A DNA stretch of 64,000 bases from an uncultured candidate division WWE3 bacterium. GTDB taxonomy: Bacteria > Patescibacteriota > WWE3 > UBA101185 > UBA10185. The notes beneath the pieces are model-generated. The model worked only from the letters and a program-made list of their open reading frames with translations. It searched no databases and had not been told where the DNA came from. The translations under genes were made by a program, and so were the position numbers. Positions 25,544-36,631 of the stretch are shown here, piece by piece (position 1 is the first letter of the stretch; each line of letters opens with the position of its first letter). Location of the stretch: positions 151,665-215,664 of the forward strand of contig CAIRNR010000007.1 in NCBI GenBank assembly GCA_903879985.1. Direction: 5' to 3'.

Positions 25544-26786
25544 AAATCGTAAGTAACCCTAAAGTGATTATACTAGCAATTATATTTGCGTTTATAACAT
25601 CATACAGACTGGCGTGATTTACTGATATTAAAATGTACTGAATCAAAAGCCCCGGAAGTAAAAAGATAAACACCCAGGTTTTTTCAATTGCCAAACAATA
25701 CATAATGAAAAAGTTAATAAGCACGTAAAATAAAACGAATATTGAAAACCTTGGTAAATACTGAATTGAGTCAAAAAATCTGGAACCAAAAAATATTTGA
25801 GTAATAAGTCCTGGTAAAAATGAAAAAGCTAAAAGTCCGCATAAAGCTACAAAAACCTCAATACTCAACAATTTAAAGAACTTTGCTTTGTAGTTTTCCT
25901 TTTTTGCATAAACCGAAGAAATAATCGGAAACATAATTGTTGTAACAATTCCTGCGCCGAATAAATATATCTTTCCCAAAGTAACGGTGCCCGCGTAATA
26001 ACCTGCCAATGTGGGATCAAAAAACTTTTTAACCAAAATTACGTCCATATTATTTAGTGACATAATTCCTAGATTAATAAAAAACACTGGAAGACTAAAG
26101 GTAAGTAATTTTTTAAACTGAACAGATAAATGATTATCAACTTTTTTACCTAAATCTTCTTTGATAAGTAAATAAGTAGTGGCATACGAGAGTAACATTG
26201 CTACCGACATTCCTCCAAACACCCCTGCGACCTCATAACCAATATAAATTCCGATTAAGGGTAAAACTAATCTAAATAAACTACTTATGATAAAGAAAAA
26301 AGAGAGTGATTTATATTTTAATAAACCCTGCAAATAAGATCCTGCTATGGCGTTTAAAAATAGAAAAGCTAAATATATGTTAAAAGCATTTATATATGAG
26401 GGATTATCAATTTTTAACTGAGATGCAACGTACCCGCTAAAAAGTGTGGCTAATGCATATACAACTACACCTAACAACAAAAACTGAATACTTAACTTTT
26501 TAAATAGAGCGTTAAGTTTTGGATAATCTGCGTTGGCTTTTAGTGTGGCCACAACCTTAACTAATGAAATACCAACTACAGCGGCGGGAACACCAAGTAT
26601 TGTTGATACAGAAAGAAGTGCATTAAAAGAACCGAAATCTTCAACTGACAACATTCTTCCGAGGAAAAACTGAAGTAAATAGCTTAGGAATGAACCTATG
26701 ACTGTACCAATACCAACAACAACAGTTCCATAAAAATATTCATTTTTAATAACTTGGGAAATGTATTTACTTACTGCTTTCATCAA
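25515..26786 (-). CDS. Wzx-type oligosaccharide flippase (MOP superfamily)
   Basis: About 12 TM helices; GRMLSVEDFG, MDVILVK and AGYY motifs. Confidence 0.85.
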   Translation of the reverse strand: MMKAVSKYISQVIKNEYFYGTVVVGIGTVIGSFLSYLLQFFLGRMLSVEDFGSFNALLSVSTILGVPAAVVGISLVKVVATLKANADYPKLNALFKKLSIQFLLLGVVVYALATLFSGYVASQLKIDNPSYINAFNIYLAFLFLNAIAGSYLQGLLKYKSLSFFFIISSLFRLVLPLIGIYIGYEVAGVFGGMSVAMLLSYATTYLLIKEDLGKKVDNHLSVQFKKLLTFSLPVFFINLGIMSLNNMDVILVKKFFDPTLAGYYAGTVTLGKIYLFGAGIVTTIMFPIISSVYAKKENYKAKFFKLLSIEVFVALCGLLAFSFLPGLITQIFFGSRFFDSIQYLPRFSIFVLFYVLINFFIMYCLAIEKTWVFIFLLPGLLIQYILISVNHASLYDVINANIIASIITLGLLTIYAQKTKHTT

Positions 26787-28417
26787 TTATTACGCTTATA
26801 AACATTGTATACATCAGCACCTCGAACTTTTATCGTTCCTATTTTTGTTACAGAAAAGCGCACTTCAGTAGCACCTGTGTCGTCCCATACAGGATATACA
26901 AAATATTTTGCGTGAATGGCAAATGGAGTTAGATCGGAAATAATAGCAAACATTCCTTTTTCTCTAAAGAATGGCCAAATTTGCGTGTAATATTTTTCTT
27001 GAAAACCTATTGTTTCGGTTTTAGCAATTTCTCCTGACGCAATCATGCCTTCAAGTGATTTGTCCTGATACAAGCGCGTTGAACCATCTTGTGCAGCCAA
27101 TTTATCAAAGTAATCAACTGTCTCCGTAGCACCAATCATCCATTTAGGTTCAATAACATGAATTCCTTTACTAACACCACCTAACAACGGATTGTAATAA
27201 GAAAAGTAATCAGGATATAAATATACCAAAGGAATGGCACTAAGTAATAAAAACATGGCGTATTTTGCGTATTTATTAAACTTTATCCTTCCAGCCAACC
27301 AAAAATAAAATGTTGATGAAATTAAAGACAACGAAAGCATTGCCGGAATAATGTATCTATCTAATTTTTTTGAAGGTAGCGTAAGCTGAATAAAATAGAA
27401 GAAGGTAAAGATAAAACAAAATAGTACAAATTTTTTCAGTGTCTTATCTTTAAGTTGAATATACGTTATCGCGGAACCAAGTATTCCGATTAGCAATAGT
27501 ATAGAAGCCCGATATGCTAGAACCACGAAATAATAAAACACTCCAGGATCTGTCACATATGTATCAAAATAAAATTGGCTGTGATCACCTTCAACGCCTA
27601 TTACCGCAATTCCGCGATACATTGTTTGAATAGCTTCAACTGGATTGACCCACATGATTGGCCAAAATAATACAAATGTCGCTAAAGCTAATCCAAGCCA
27701 AATTCCAAAAGGTACCCAAAGTTTCTTAATTGTTACAAATAAATTGCGATGTTCATCAAGATTCCACAGAAATATGCTTAAACCTGCGAACGGAATTAAA
27801 TACAATGCCGAGGTCTTAGTTAAAATGGCAAATCCGGCAAACACACCGGATAAAATCAGATGCCAATATTTTTTTGTGTTCAAAAAGTAAAATAGCCACA
27901 TAGCACTGGCGATCATAAACGTGGACATCATTCCTTCTAAATGAAAGACTCTGGTTAAAGCAATATATAAAGGTTCCAGAGCAATTCCCGTTATGGCAAA
28001 TGCCGCATATCTTTTACCAAATAATTGTTGAAGAGGATAAAAACAAAAAGCTAGGGTAAGTCCAAGCACGAATACAAGCAATGCCTTTTGTACTACATCC
28101 AAACCAAAAGCCGCAAATGTGGTGTTACCAGAAGCGATTGATTGGTGAGTTATATCGGCATACAGGTTAAATATTTTAACGCCGGCAACGCCAACCCACA
28201 TAAGTGTTACACCAGGATGATATTTTTGAAGCGTCTTTTCAAAGTTTAAGGAAAAAATGCCGGTACCAAAATCGTAGCTACGTGCCTTCCACTTCCATAC
28301 GTCGGTATTAAAGTTGTCATGACCAAGAGACGGGGCGCGCGACAAAACAAATAGAACAACTATCAAAAGCTCGGGTAACAATAATTTTAAGTTTTTCAGC
28401 GTAAATATCTTTTTCAT
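26783..28417 (-). CDS. GT-C glycosyltransferase (PMT_2/ArnT-like)
   Basis: NTD..W..RS, YHPGVTLMW, LEP, LTK and KKLDRY motifs; polytopic. Confidence 0.8.
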   Translation of the reverse strand: MKKIFTLKNLKLLLPELLIVVLFVLSRAPSLGHDNFNTDVWKWKARSYDFGTGIFSLNFEKTLQKYHPGVTLMWVGVAGVKIFNLYADITHQSIASGNTTFAAFGLDVVQKALLVFVLGLTLAFCFYPLQQLFGKRYAAFAITGIALEPLYIALTRVFHLEGMMSTFMIASAMWLFYFLNTKKYWHLILSGVFAGFAILTKTSALYLIPFAGLSIFLWNLDEHRNLFVTIKKLWVPFGIWLGLALATFVLFWPIMWVNPVEAIQTMYRGIAVIGVEGDHSQFYFDTYVTDPGVFYYFVVLAYRASILLLIGILGSAITYIQLKDKTLKKFVLFCFIFTFFYFIQLTLPSKKLDRYIIPAMLSLSLISSTFYFWLAGRIKFNKYAKYAMFLLLSAIPLVYLYPDYFSYYNPLLGGVSKGIHVIEPKWMIGATETVDYFDKLAAQDGSTRLYQDKSLEGMIASGEIAKTETIGFQEKYYTQIWPFFREKGMFAIISDLTPFAIHAKYFVYPVWDDTGATEVRFSVTKIGTIKVRGADVYNVYKRNN

Positions 28418-29934
28418 AAAGCGTACTTAAATATAACTATACCAGGGCCACGACGATTTACGGGATCAATTCTTGTTATTTCCTGTAAATCGATGAAATG
28501 CACGGAGTTTTCGAGCCAAAGTTTTCGGGCTAAATATTCCTCTGAATCAAAATAAAGAACAATGTATCCGCAATTGTTTTTGGAAATCTTATCTAGTCCT
28601 TTGTAAGTCTTGGCACTAACTGCATTTGCCACAGCAGAAAAATCCGCATCAAAGTATACCAAATATGCGGTATTCGGAAGATTTGCCTTTAAATAATTGA
28701 AAGCTAAATTTCTGGTGTCTTGGTTTGCAAATTCCATGGAAGCGATACTTGAGGCATAAAACGGCGGAATTAAAAAAAATACGAAAAGCAACAACGATAT
28801 ATATTTATATTTTTTATCGAAGAACTGTAAACATTCCTCCAAAAAGCAACCAGTTATAATAGCCACATAAGGATAAATAATTAAATAGTAATGAGAGCGA
28901 GAATCTATTGCTCCTGAGACAATGTAAACGAATACCAAAGAAGTAATGTATAAAAATAACAAGCCAAAATCCCTTTGGGTACTTTTCTTTTTAAGAATAC
29001 GATATAAAACAATTCCCAAATATATTAAGAAACCTATTAGTACGGTGTAGCCCAAGTCGATAATCAATCTTTCCGACATATCGCGAAAAAAGTTTTGTAT
29101 ATGATCTGGAAATTCCCGAGAACCAACATTGGTGAATTGCCACAAAGCTCCTTTGGGACCATCGGTGCGCGAAAAGGTTTTGTAATCAAATAAGGCGTAA
29201 GGTGTACCAATTAAAAACGCTAATATCGATAAAGCTCCTGCCAAAAATAAATATCCTGTAGATTTTAGGTTAGTAAATTTTTGCCAAAAACTTTTGGTTA
29301 CATGCGCCAAAAAAAACCCTAGCGCAGATAGTCCCCCATTATATTTCGCAGAAGCAGCAAAGCCAATTAAGAGTCCGCCTAAAATATAGTCCTTCAAAGT
29401 TGTAGCGTAAAAAATGCAAATTGAAAAATATACAACCCACGCCAACAAAAAAACCATAGGGATATCAGGTAATGCATAGTGAGATTGCACAACATGCATA
29501 GGTAATATTGCAAAAATCAAAGCACTTAATATGCCCGCCTTAATGTTAAATAACTTTTTTGAGGATAAATACACGGGTATAACCGTTAATGCCCCAATAA
29601 AAGCGGTTAACACTCTAGATAAAAAGTAAAAGGACAATGAACCATCCCCGAGAATAGGCAGCCATGAGAAGACAATTCTGCTTAACCCCACTGTATGCGA
29701 TGAATCGCGAAACTTAACAAACAAAAAATACATAAAGTAATTTACATAAATATACAAATGTGGCCAATCAAAGTGTCCCGGATTTTTATCAAAAAATATT
29801 CCCAACGCCGAACGCACAATTGTAGGTTCATCTGGATGAAATATAAAAGGGAAACCATACTGAATACCAAGCATCCTAAGTAATAGGGCCAAAACAAAAA
29901 CAAGTATTAAACCGCTATTTATCTTCTTCAACAT
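28414..29934 (-). CDS. GT-C glycosyltransferase (GT39/PMT-like)
   Basis: HPDEP first-loop motif, NPGHFDWP, SHYALPD and AKY. The ATG at 29934 has a GGAG SD. Confidence 0.82.
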   Translation of the reverse strand: MLKKINSGLILVFVLALLLRMLGIQYGFPFIFHPDEPTIVRSALGIFFDKNPGHFDWPHLYIYVNYFMYFLFVKFRDSSHTVGLSRIVFSWLPILGDGSLSFYFLSRVLTAFIGALTVIPVYLSSKKLFNIKAGILSALIFAILPMHVVQSHYALPDIPMVFLLAWVVYFSICIFYATTLKDYILGGLLIGFAASAKYNGGLSALGFFLAHVTKSFWQKFTNLKSTGYLFLAGALSILAFLIGTPYALFDYKTFSRTDGPKGALWQFTNVGSREFPDHIQNFFRDMSERLIIDLGYTVLIGFLIYLGIVLYRILKKKSTQRDFGLLFLYITSLVFVYIVSGAIDSRSHYYLIIYPYVAIITGCFLEECLQFFDKKYKYISLLLFVFFLIPPFYASSIASMEFANQDTRNLAFNYLKANLPNTAYLVYFDADFSAVANAVSAKTYKGLDKISKNNCGYIVLYFDSEEYLARKLWLENSVHFIDLQEITRIDPVNRRGPGIVIFKYAL

Positions 29935-31447
29935 ATATTCTCCAGTATTCAAGTCCATTTATGTAAATGGAACTATCTTTCACAAAAAAAACATCAGGTC
30001 TATCTTTCATATTTGCGGGTAGGTCTTCACCAATGCCTAAGACTAAAATATCATATTCACCAGGTTCATACGCGCGAACATCAAATACCTTGGAATTTGG
30101 ATATATTGTCTTTATAGGTTTTGTATCATAAAAACCTAGAGAAACTTCCCCATACTTTTTAACTATATAATCTCTAAGTTGCACCATGCCAATTCCAAAT
30201 GGTTTTTGAGCAATAATATGATTAGCCTGCGACGGTGTACCAACCAACGGACTCGTGTATGTAAAGTAGTAAGGATAATAAGTAAACATCGGAAGCATAA
30301 TAAATGCAACTGCAGCAGCTCCGGTAAAACCTAAGTAAATCTTATCTTTATTAATAAAATCTCTAAGCTTGTAAAAACCAAACACAGCTATAATTGCCAA
30401 AAACGGATATTCGGGCAACATATATCTATCCAATTTTTTTGCAGGAATAGTCATCACAACAAAATAGCCTATGTAAAAGACAAACAGCATCAATGTAAAT
30501 GAATTTAAATCAAATCGTAATTTTCTTTTTGTAAGATCTATCAAAAGAAGAAGCGCAAAAATTACAACGCCCAAAAGAGTAAAAGGAGAAACTTTTAGTA
30601 GCAACACCAAAGGATAAAAAGATTCATCCGCCGTTTCGGTGTATTCATCTAAAACTATTTGCGGATGCCCATTTTTTAAACCAACACGTTCAGATTCACT
30701 TATAATATTTTTCAGCACAAACATAGGCTGAACCCATAATGCCGGAAACAGTGCAAAGATCATAACTATCGAAGTAACAGTGACCAAACCTAAATATTTA
30801 ATATTCTTTCGATCTTTAATAATTTGATAGGCCGAATAAAAGAAGGCGAAAACTAAAGTACCAAGTCCAATGCTCTTAGTTAAAAAAGAAAGTGCAATAA
30901 ATAATCCAGTTAATAAAGCATATACAACAGACTTTTTATTAAACGTTAAATACATGCAAATAAGCGCCAGAAACACAAACAAGGTTAACAATACATCCAT
31001 GTGGTACATACGGGAATTTCCCAAAAAGAAAGGTTCCAAAGAAAAAAGCAAGACGGTGAAGAATGATTTATAAAAACCAATTATTTTTGTGAGCAACCAA
31101 AAGATTAAAATCGTAAGAATCAACTGGGCACTTACAACGCTGGCTTTAGCTACAAAATTGAAGGCCAAGAAGTTTGTTCTATCGTAGGTATTAATGTTTG
31201 TGACCTGCTTATACGCTTCAATAGCAACACCTGAAATCCACATTAAAGTTACGCCAGGGTGATAGTGCTGATAGGTTCGCAAAAAGTCGTGAGTTTTAAG
31301 ACCTACAATAAATTGCTGCGATCTATAGTGCCAGTTAACCCCGTCGGGATTTATTTCGTCAGGGCCAAGGTACAGGAAACGCGTCAAACCAAAGACAACG
31401 AAAAACAACACAATAAGTAATATTTTTTTAGTCTTTTCCTGTAGCAT
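29915..31447 (-). CDS. GT-C glycosyltransferase (PMT_2/ArnT-like), paralogue of 26783..28417
   Basis: NPD..NW..RS, YHPGVTLMW, LEP, LTK and KKLDRY motifs. The ATG at 31447 has a GGAGGAG SD. Confidence 0.8.
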   Translation of the reverse strand: MLQEKTKKILLIVLFFVVFGLTRFLYLGPDEINPDGVNWHYRSQQFIVGLKTHDFLRTYQHYHPGVTLMWISGVAIEAYKQVTNINTYDRTNFLAFNFVAKASVVSAQLILTILIFWLLTKIIGFYKSFFTVLLFSLEPFFLGNSRMYHMDVLLTLFVFLALICMYLTFNKKSVVYALLTGLFIALSFLTKSIGLGTLVFAFFYSAYQIIKDRKNIKYLGLVTVTSIVMIFALFPALWVQPMFVLKNIISESERVGLKNGHPQIVLDEYTETADESFYPLVLLLKVSPFTLLGVVIFALLLLIDLTKRKLRFDLNSFTLMLFVFYIGYFVVMTIPAKKLDRYMLPEYPFLAIIAVFGFYKLRDFINKDKIYLGFTGAAAVAFIMLPMFTYYPYYFTYTSPLVGTPSQANHIIAQKPFGIGMVQLRDYIVKKYGEVSLGFYDTKPIKTIYPNSKVFDVRAYEPGEYDILVLGIGEDLPANMKDRPDVFFVKDSSIYINGLEYWRIYVEEDK

Positions 31448-32306
31448 ACAAAACTCCTCCAATTAGACTTACTGCAAGTTTTGATAAGTGAAACAAAATG
31501 GAGGCGCTTAAAGCAACAGCCGGGGAAATTGCTACCAACGTAAATAGATCGCGATACATCGTATCTTGTACCCCAAGTCCGTTAAGTGAGGGAATAAAAA
31601 AACTGGCCAAGGTAATTAGTGGAAAAAACAAAAAAGTTGCACCTAAGGGCAAGCGCACACCTAAAGCCATGAAAATAAAGTACTGGGTGAAGATAGAACA
31701 CAGTTGAACTATTAAAGATGTAACAAGCGCCCAAATTACCACAGATCTATGGTGGCGGTATGAATATAAAGAATCAGAATATTTTTTAATCTTTGGAAAT
31801 TTCTTAGAAATAACCTTTAAGAATTTTAAGCCAATAAATATTCCTGCTATAGCTGCGATTACTACCAAAATAACATAACTTCCAATGTAATGAGTTAAAC
31901 CAAAGATAGAAATAAATCCTAAAACAACAACTCCTGTAAATCTTTCCATAAACGTCGACGAAAAACCTCTGGAGCTATCCCCCAGCTTTTTACTTAACCT
32001 GAAAATCTTGTAAACATCTCCACCAATACTTGTAGGCATGAAGTTATTGAAAAAAGACCCAATGAAATATAAAGAGGTTAAATACCAAACCGAAACTTTA
32101 TTATTCGATTCCAACAATAAGGACTTCCATCTAACGGAACTAATAAAATAGTTCATAACCAATAAACCAAGGATTATTGGAGCGTAAGCTAAATTAACTT
32201 TAGATATCGTAGCTACCAGAGATTGTTTATCAACTTTGAAGTACAGAAAAGCTATCAAAGCAACACTTACCACTATTTTTAAGATTAGCTTTGAATATTT
32301 CTTCAT
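31428..32306 (-). CDS. Flippase-like membrane protein (LPG synthase TM / UPF0104 family)
   Basis: RWKSLL, FFNNFMPTSIGGD, ER and PSLNGLGV motifs. Confidence 0.88.
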   Translation of the reverse strand: MKKYSKLILKIVVSVALIAFLYFKVDKQSLVATISKVNLAYAPIILGLLVMNYFISSVRWKSLLLESNNKVSVWYLTSLYFIGSFFNNFMPTSIGGDVYKIFRLSKKLGDSSRGFSSTFMERFTGVVVLGFISIFGLTHYIGSYVILVVIAAIAGIFIGLKFLKVISKKFPKIKKYSDSLYSYRHHRSVVIWALVTSLIVQLCSIFTQYFIFMALGVRLPLGATFLFFPLITLASFFIPSLNGLGVQDTMYRDLFTLVAISPAVALSASILFHLSKLAVSLIGGVLYATGKD

Positions 32307-33787
32307 TTAAAACCAAAACGTTTCTTTAAAACTTTTACTTTATTCACTAAATACACAAAATCATCTTTTGTTACAAAACTAGAAATATAAAAACTCCAAA
32401 GCATTAGTGCAACAAAAATAGGAAATGTCACAAACTTAAGCCAAAAGTTATCGACAGTTACGATTAATGAAATTGCAAAGCCTTCCATTATTAGCACAAC
32501 GTGGTCAATGTTAAAGAAAGTTAGTTTAATTGTACGTGAAATCATAATAAGCATGTAAGCCAAAGCAATTAAGGAACCAAATGCGGCGCCCCAAGCCATA
32601 GCGGAAAGTTCGGGCAAAACAGGAATAAGTCTGGAGGTTACATAAAAAAATCCTCCGGTTCCAACAATCATTAACCCAAACGTAATAATCATATCTCGAA
32701 TCATTTTTGCAGGTATTAAAACGCTAGACTTTATAACATTAATATATGAATAAAATATGAACGCCATGATCATTGGCGCTACAAGTGGAAAAGACGCATC
32801 ATACTTTGAGCTGCCTACCAAAATCTTGGCTATTTCTCTGGCCCAAAAAGATGCAAACGCACCTACAAAAAGAACAATACAGAATAACTTATCAAAGTTT
32901 TTGGCAAAACTAACCTTAAAATCTTCTATATCGTTTACATACTTTTCGGAAAACACTGGCAAACTAACATCAGTAGCGGCATCGGAAATACTCATAAGTT
33001 TTTTAGCATACAACATAGCAAAAGCAAAAATTGCGACTGTAGCCGGGGTATTAAACAATCCTAAAATATTGTTACCCATCTTTTCCCAGTTAGTGTAAAT
33101 AACTTTAACCAAATAAATGGCCATGCTTATAGAAAATATTTCCTTAAACAAGCGTGTAAAGTCGCGCTTATTCGGCAGCTGCAATTTTCCTTTGAGAGGT
33201 TTAAAAGCTATAACTGCCAATGAAACCGAGCAAATAATATTAAAGGCCAAAAGTGCATAAAAATAACCGTTAATCTTGTATAACAATATTAAAGGCACGT
33301 ACACAATAACACTAACGAAAGCTATAACGACTTGATATATAAACAACTGACCAAATCTTTTTGTTCCTTGGATTACGGAGTTCAAGATACTCTGAAAACC
33401 CTGAAAGATTAAGGTTACAGCGTAAATTTTTAAAGGTAGCACCAGTAAGTCACTTTTATACATAGTTACAGCAATAAAATGTGCGAAAAAGAAAAGAACA
33501 AAAGCAACAGGAATACTTATAACGTATCGTATGACAGCCGAGGTAATGAAGACCTTGAAAACATCACTATCGTCCTTAGCGGCCGAAATTTCTCGAGTAC
33601 TGGCCGAGGCTAAACCTAAGTGTTGGTAAATACCCAAAGCACCACCAATAGATGAAGCTATTTGAACAATTCCCCAGTCGGAAACACTCAATATACGTAT
33701 TATTACAAACGTTTGAATAAGGCCCAGCGCCATTGCCATGCCTCTTGATATGAAGCTAATAAATTGCCATTTACCTAGTTCTTTCAT
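32303..33787 (-). CDS. Wzx-type oligosaccharide flippase (MOP superfamily)
   Basis: About 14 TM helices; RILSVSDWG, LGL...TREIS and LPVFS patterns. Confidence 0.82.
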   Translation of the reverse strand: MKELGKWQFISFISRGMAMALGLIQTFVIIRILSVSDWGIVQIASSIGGALGIYQHLGLASASTREISAAKDDSDVFKVFITSAVIRYVISIPVAFVLFFFAHFIAVTMYKSDLLVLPLKIYAVTLIFQGFQSILNSVIQGTKRFGQLFIYQVVIAFVSVIVYVPLILLYKINGYFYALLAFNIICSVSLAVIAFKPLKGKLQLPNKRDFTRLFKEIFSISMAIYLVKVIYTNWEKMGNNILGLFNTPATVAIFAFAMLYAKKLMSISDAATDVSLPVFSEKYVNDIEDFKVSFAKNFDKLFCIVLFVGAFASFWAREIAKILVGSSKYDASFPLVAPMIMAFIFYSYINVIKSSVLIPAKMIRDMIITFGLMIVGTGGFFYVTSRLIPVLPELSAMAWGAAFGSLIALAYMLIMISRTIKLTFFNIDHVVLIMEGFAISLIVTVDNFWLKFVTFPIFVALMLWSFYISSFVTKDDFVYLVNKVKVLKKRFGFK

Positions 33788-33797
33788 AGGATATACC

Positions 33798-35933
33798 TCA
33801 CTTTACTACGATATCGCCAATATACAAATTGCGGGTCTTGATTTTATTGGACATACCTACAAAAACTTTATACGTGCCTGAATTAATGAATTGGGGCAGA
33901 GCAATATCAACATCTTCTATATAATGTTTGTTTGTTTCCCAATTGGCAGGCTCATTTATAGAAAACGAAGGTAAGTTAGCCAATTGATAAAGTTCCCCTG
34001 TGGACTTGTTAATGTAAGTCATATACAAAACGAAACCTTCTAAAGCAGTACCATCTCTTTTCACATAAACTATTTGAGCTTTGTCATCGACTCCCCTAGT
34101 AACTTCAGCTGGAAGCGTAAAGTCGACGACTGTTAAGCCATAAAGTATTGGATAATTATATTTTTCGGTGTAAGCATATCTTTCTTGTAATGGTAGCAAC
34201 AACGACTGTGTATGTGGGCCAACTCTTTTGAATACAAATAGATTTCCGCAGCCGGTAGAAAGTTGGTAATTTGGATCTTTAATTAAACTACTTACTACGT
34301 CTTTAACTAAATTTGTTTGTAAATCTAAAATGGTAAGAATCTTCTGTGAAAAGACATCCACAATTACATAATCTGTTTGGTTGTATAAAGCAGGAAATAT
34401 TGCATATGTTTCACGTAAAGATAGCTGCGCACCTAAATAATCAGGACCTGAAACCGAAGCGCCGGCGGGAATCATGTTTACAACTTTTTGTGCGCATTCA
34501 ACGTCCTTATTATCAAGCTGAGTCAGTTTTACAACATCCCCAATTTTAACTTTATTAAGGTCAATGCTGTTATCAAACTCTTTTGCAAATGCTCTTCGAG
34601 TCACAGCCTGTTGAAGCCATAAATAAACAGGATTGTTGTAAAAAAACGTAGTATAAATACTAAAACCAAATGTAATAAGAGCGGCTACAATAATTATAGA
34701 TTTTTTTATTTTCGGAAAGCTTTTCTTTTTAAACGACGTTAAATAATATGCCAAAAAGCTTATACCGTAAATTGTTGAAATAAACACGATAGGAAGAATC
34801 ATAGACACGCGATGATTGGTTATTTCCGAAGTACCTACGCCATCAACAGTCGTTAAAAAGTTAATGAAAATATCTGGAGACGCAATTATTAGAGTAAGTG
34901 GCGAAAGTATGGCCATATAGCCGACTGGTTCAAAAATTCGTTGTAAATTCTCTATTCTATCGCCACTAAATAAAACCTTAATCACCATTTTTGGGTTTGT
35001 AACCATGGTAATTAAGACTTCTGAATATGAATTTCCAAAGTCAGAGTATCTACCCAAAAAGTAATTTTCCTCATCAACATTACGCACTGAATTTGGATCA
35101 ATTTGTAATGTAGCGGCAAATTTCTGAAAGCCATCGACCCTTTGTTTTGAGTAAGCAGGAATAATAATTAAAAATGCGACAACAAACCAAACTATGCCTA
35201 CGCCAATCATGCTAAGTGCAATCTTTGAAGTTTTTAATGAAATAAATTTTTTAAACCAGTCAAAATCAAACTTAAATTTTGGAGCATCAATACTTCGGAA
35301 AAACATTACAAAAATTCCATAAAGTATTACATATAAAGGTAATTGTTCTTTTCCGGACATTGTAAGAACAAGCATTAACCAAAACAAAATCATGCGGCCT
35401 TTAGAAAAATTCTTTTCTCTATACATTTTCTCGAAAACGTAGAAGGCGGTTAAGAAAAATGGAACTACTACAGTAACACCATGAAACCCGGTTGTGGCAT
35501 TTAAATAGCCAATAGATGGGTTAAGTAAATATGCAGCAGATATAAGAAAGGCAGCGATCTTGCTGTCTAATTCTAATTCGGCGATTTTGTAAACAACAAC
35601 AGCGCCCAGTATTACTAAAATAAACTGCGAAAACACCAATACAAGCGGGTGCTGATAAATAGCAAACAAAGGCAAGAATAATAATAATATTGGATCAACG
35701 TGACTCATTGACCATCGTGGCAAGTTTGTTCCAAAGTAATCGGTTAAGTACATAAAATGCCCGTGAAGCGTTGTCCAAAGCATTTGAGACATGTTACCCA
35801 AATCAAACTTACCAAAATCGAAATCGTTGTACCTAAATATATTCATACGCGCATTTACAAAAATATTAACTAAAATTAAAATCCACAAAAGGATAAAAGT
35901 AATATTATTTTTTATAAACAAGCGTAATTTCAT
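33798..35933 (-). CDS. DUF2079 family membrane protein (predicted GT-C fold) with a C-terminal extracellular domain
   Basis: FDLGNMSQ..W..LHG, HVDPIL, NP, FH and KE motifs; soluble beta-rich C-terminus. Confidence 0.8.
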   Translation of the reverse strand: MKLRLFIKNNITFILLWILILVNIFVNARMNIFRYNDFDFGKFDLGNMSQMLWTTLHGHFMYLTDYFGTNLPRWSMSHVDPILLLFLPLFAIYQHPLVLVFSQFILVILGAVVVYKIAELELDSKIAAFLISAAYLLNPSIGYLNATTGFHGVTVVVPFFLTAFYVFEKMYREKNFSKGRMILFWLMLVLTMSGKEQLPLYVILYGIFVMFFRSIDAPKFKFDFDWFKKFISLKTSKIALSMIGVGIVWFVVAFLIIIPAYSKQRVDGFQKFAATLQIDPNSVRNVDEENYFLGRYSDFGNSYSEVLITMVTNPKMVIKVLFSGDRIENLQRIFEPVGYMAILSPLTLIIASPDIFINFLTTVDGVGTSEITNHRVSMILPIVFISTIYGISFLAYYLTSFKKKSFPKIKKSIIIVAALITFGFSIYTTFFYNNPVYLWLQQAVTRRAFAKEFDNSIDLNKVKIGDVVKLTQLDNKDVECAQKVVNMIPAGASVSGPDYLGAQLSLRETYAIFPALYNQTDYVIVDVFSQKILTILDLQTNLVKDVVSSLIKDPNYQLSTGCGNLFVFKRVGPHTQSLLLPLQERYAYTEKYNYPILYGLTVVDFTLPAEVTRGVDDKAQIVYVKRDGTALEGFVLYMTYINKSTGELYQLANLPSFSINEPANWETNKHYIEDVDIALPQFINSGTYKVFVGMSNKIKTRNLYIGDIVVK

Positions 35934-35936
35934 TAA

Positions 35937-36629
35937 TTAATCCAAAAACCTAAACTTAACTAAAGTTAAAATAGCGGCAAAGCCATCTTTCCATGTTATA
36001 TGCTTGCCTTCACTCCAACTACGACCTTTATAGCTAATAGGAACTTCTTTTATGCGCAATTTTGCTTTTAAGATTTTTGCCGTAATTTCAGGTTCAAAAT
36101 CAAAACGTGGGGATTTGATGTTAATTTTCCTAACAAAATCTCCAGGCATAAGTTTATAGCATGTTTCCATATCGGTAAGCAAAACCCCAAAGAATAAGTT
36201 AGTTACTATTGTAAGCATCTTGTTTCCAAAATAATGTAAGCTACTCATGTCTTCGTAGTTACCAGAAAACCTTGAGCCATAAATAACGTCGGCTTTACTT
36301 TCTTCTAATGCGCGCAACAAACCTTTTATATCCTGAGGATCGTATTCCAAGTCGGCATCCTGAACAACCACGTAATCGCCTGTTGAATGGGAAAACCCAA
36401 CTTTTAGCGTATCACCTTTACCTTTATTTTCAGGCTTGTAATAAAATTTAACGTTTGGGTAAACTTTTTCCAGATCCTTTAAAATATTTATAGTTCCGTC
36501 TTTTGACGCGTCATCCACTACAATAAGTTCTTTTTCAACAGCGTCCAGATCTACGGCCAATACTCTTTTTATTATTTCTTCAATCGTATTTTTTTCGTTA
36601 TACACCGGTATAACAACAGATAACTTCAT
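35937..36629 (-). CDS. GT2, polyprenol-phosphate sugar synthase (DPM1/ArnC-like)
   Basis: SVVIPVYNE, VDDAS, NKGKG, QDADLEYDP, GSRF, DMETCYK and FEPE motifs. Confidence 0.92.
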   Translation of the reverse strand: MKLSVVIPVYNEKNTIEEIIKRVLAVDLDAVEKELIVVDDASKDGTINILKDLEKVYPNVKFYYKPENKGKGDTLKVGFSHSTGDYVVVQDADLEYDPQDIKGLLRALEESKADVIYGSRFSGNYEDMSSLHYFGNKMLTIVTNLFFGVLLTDMETCYKLMPGDFVRKINIKSPRFDFEPEITAKILKAKLRIKEVPISYKGRSWSEGKHITWKDGFAAILTLVKFRFLD

Positions 36630-36631
36630 AA

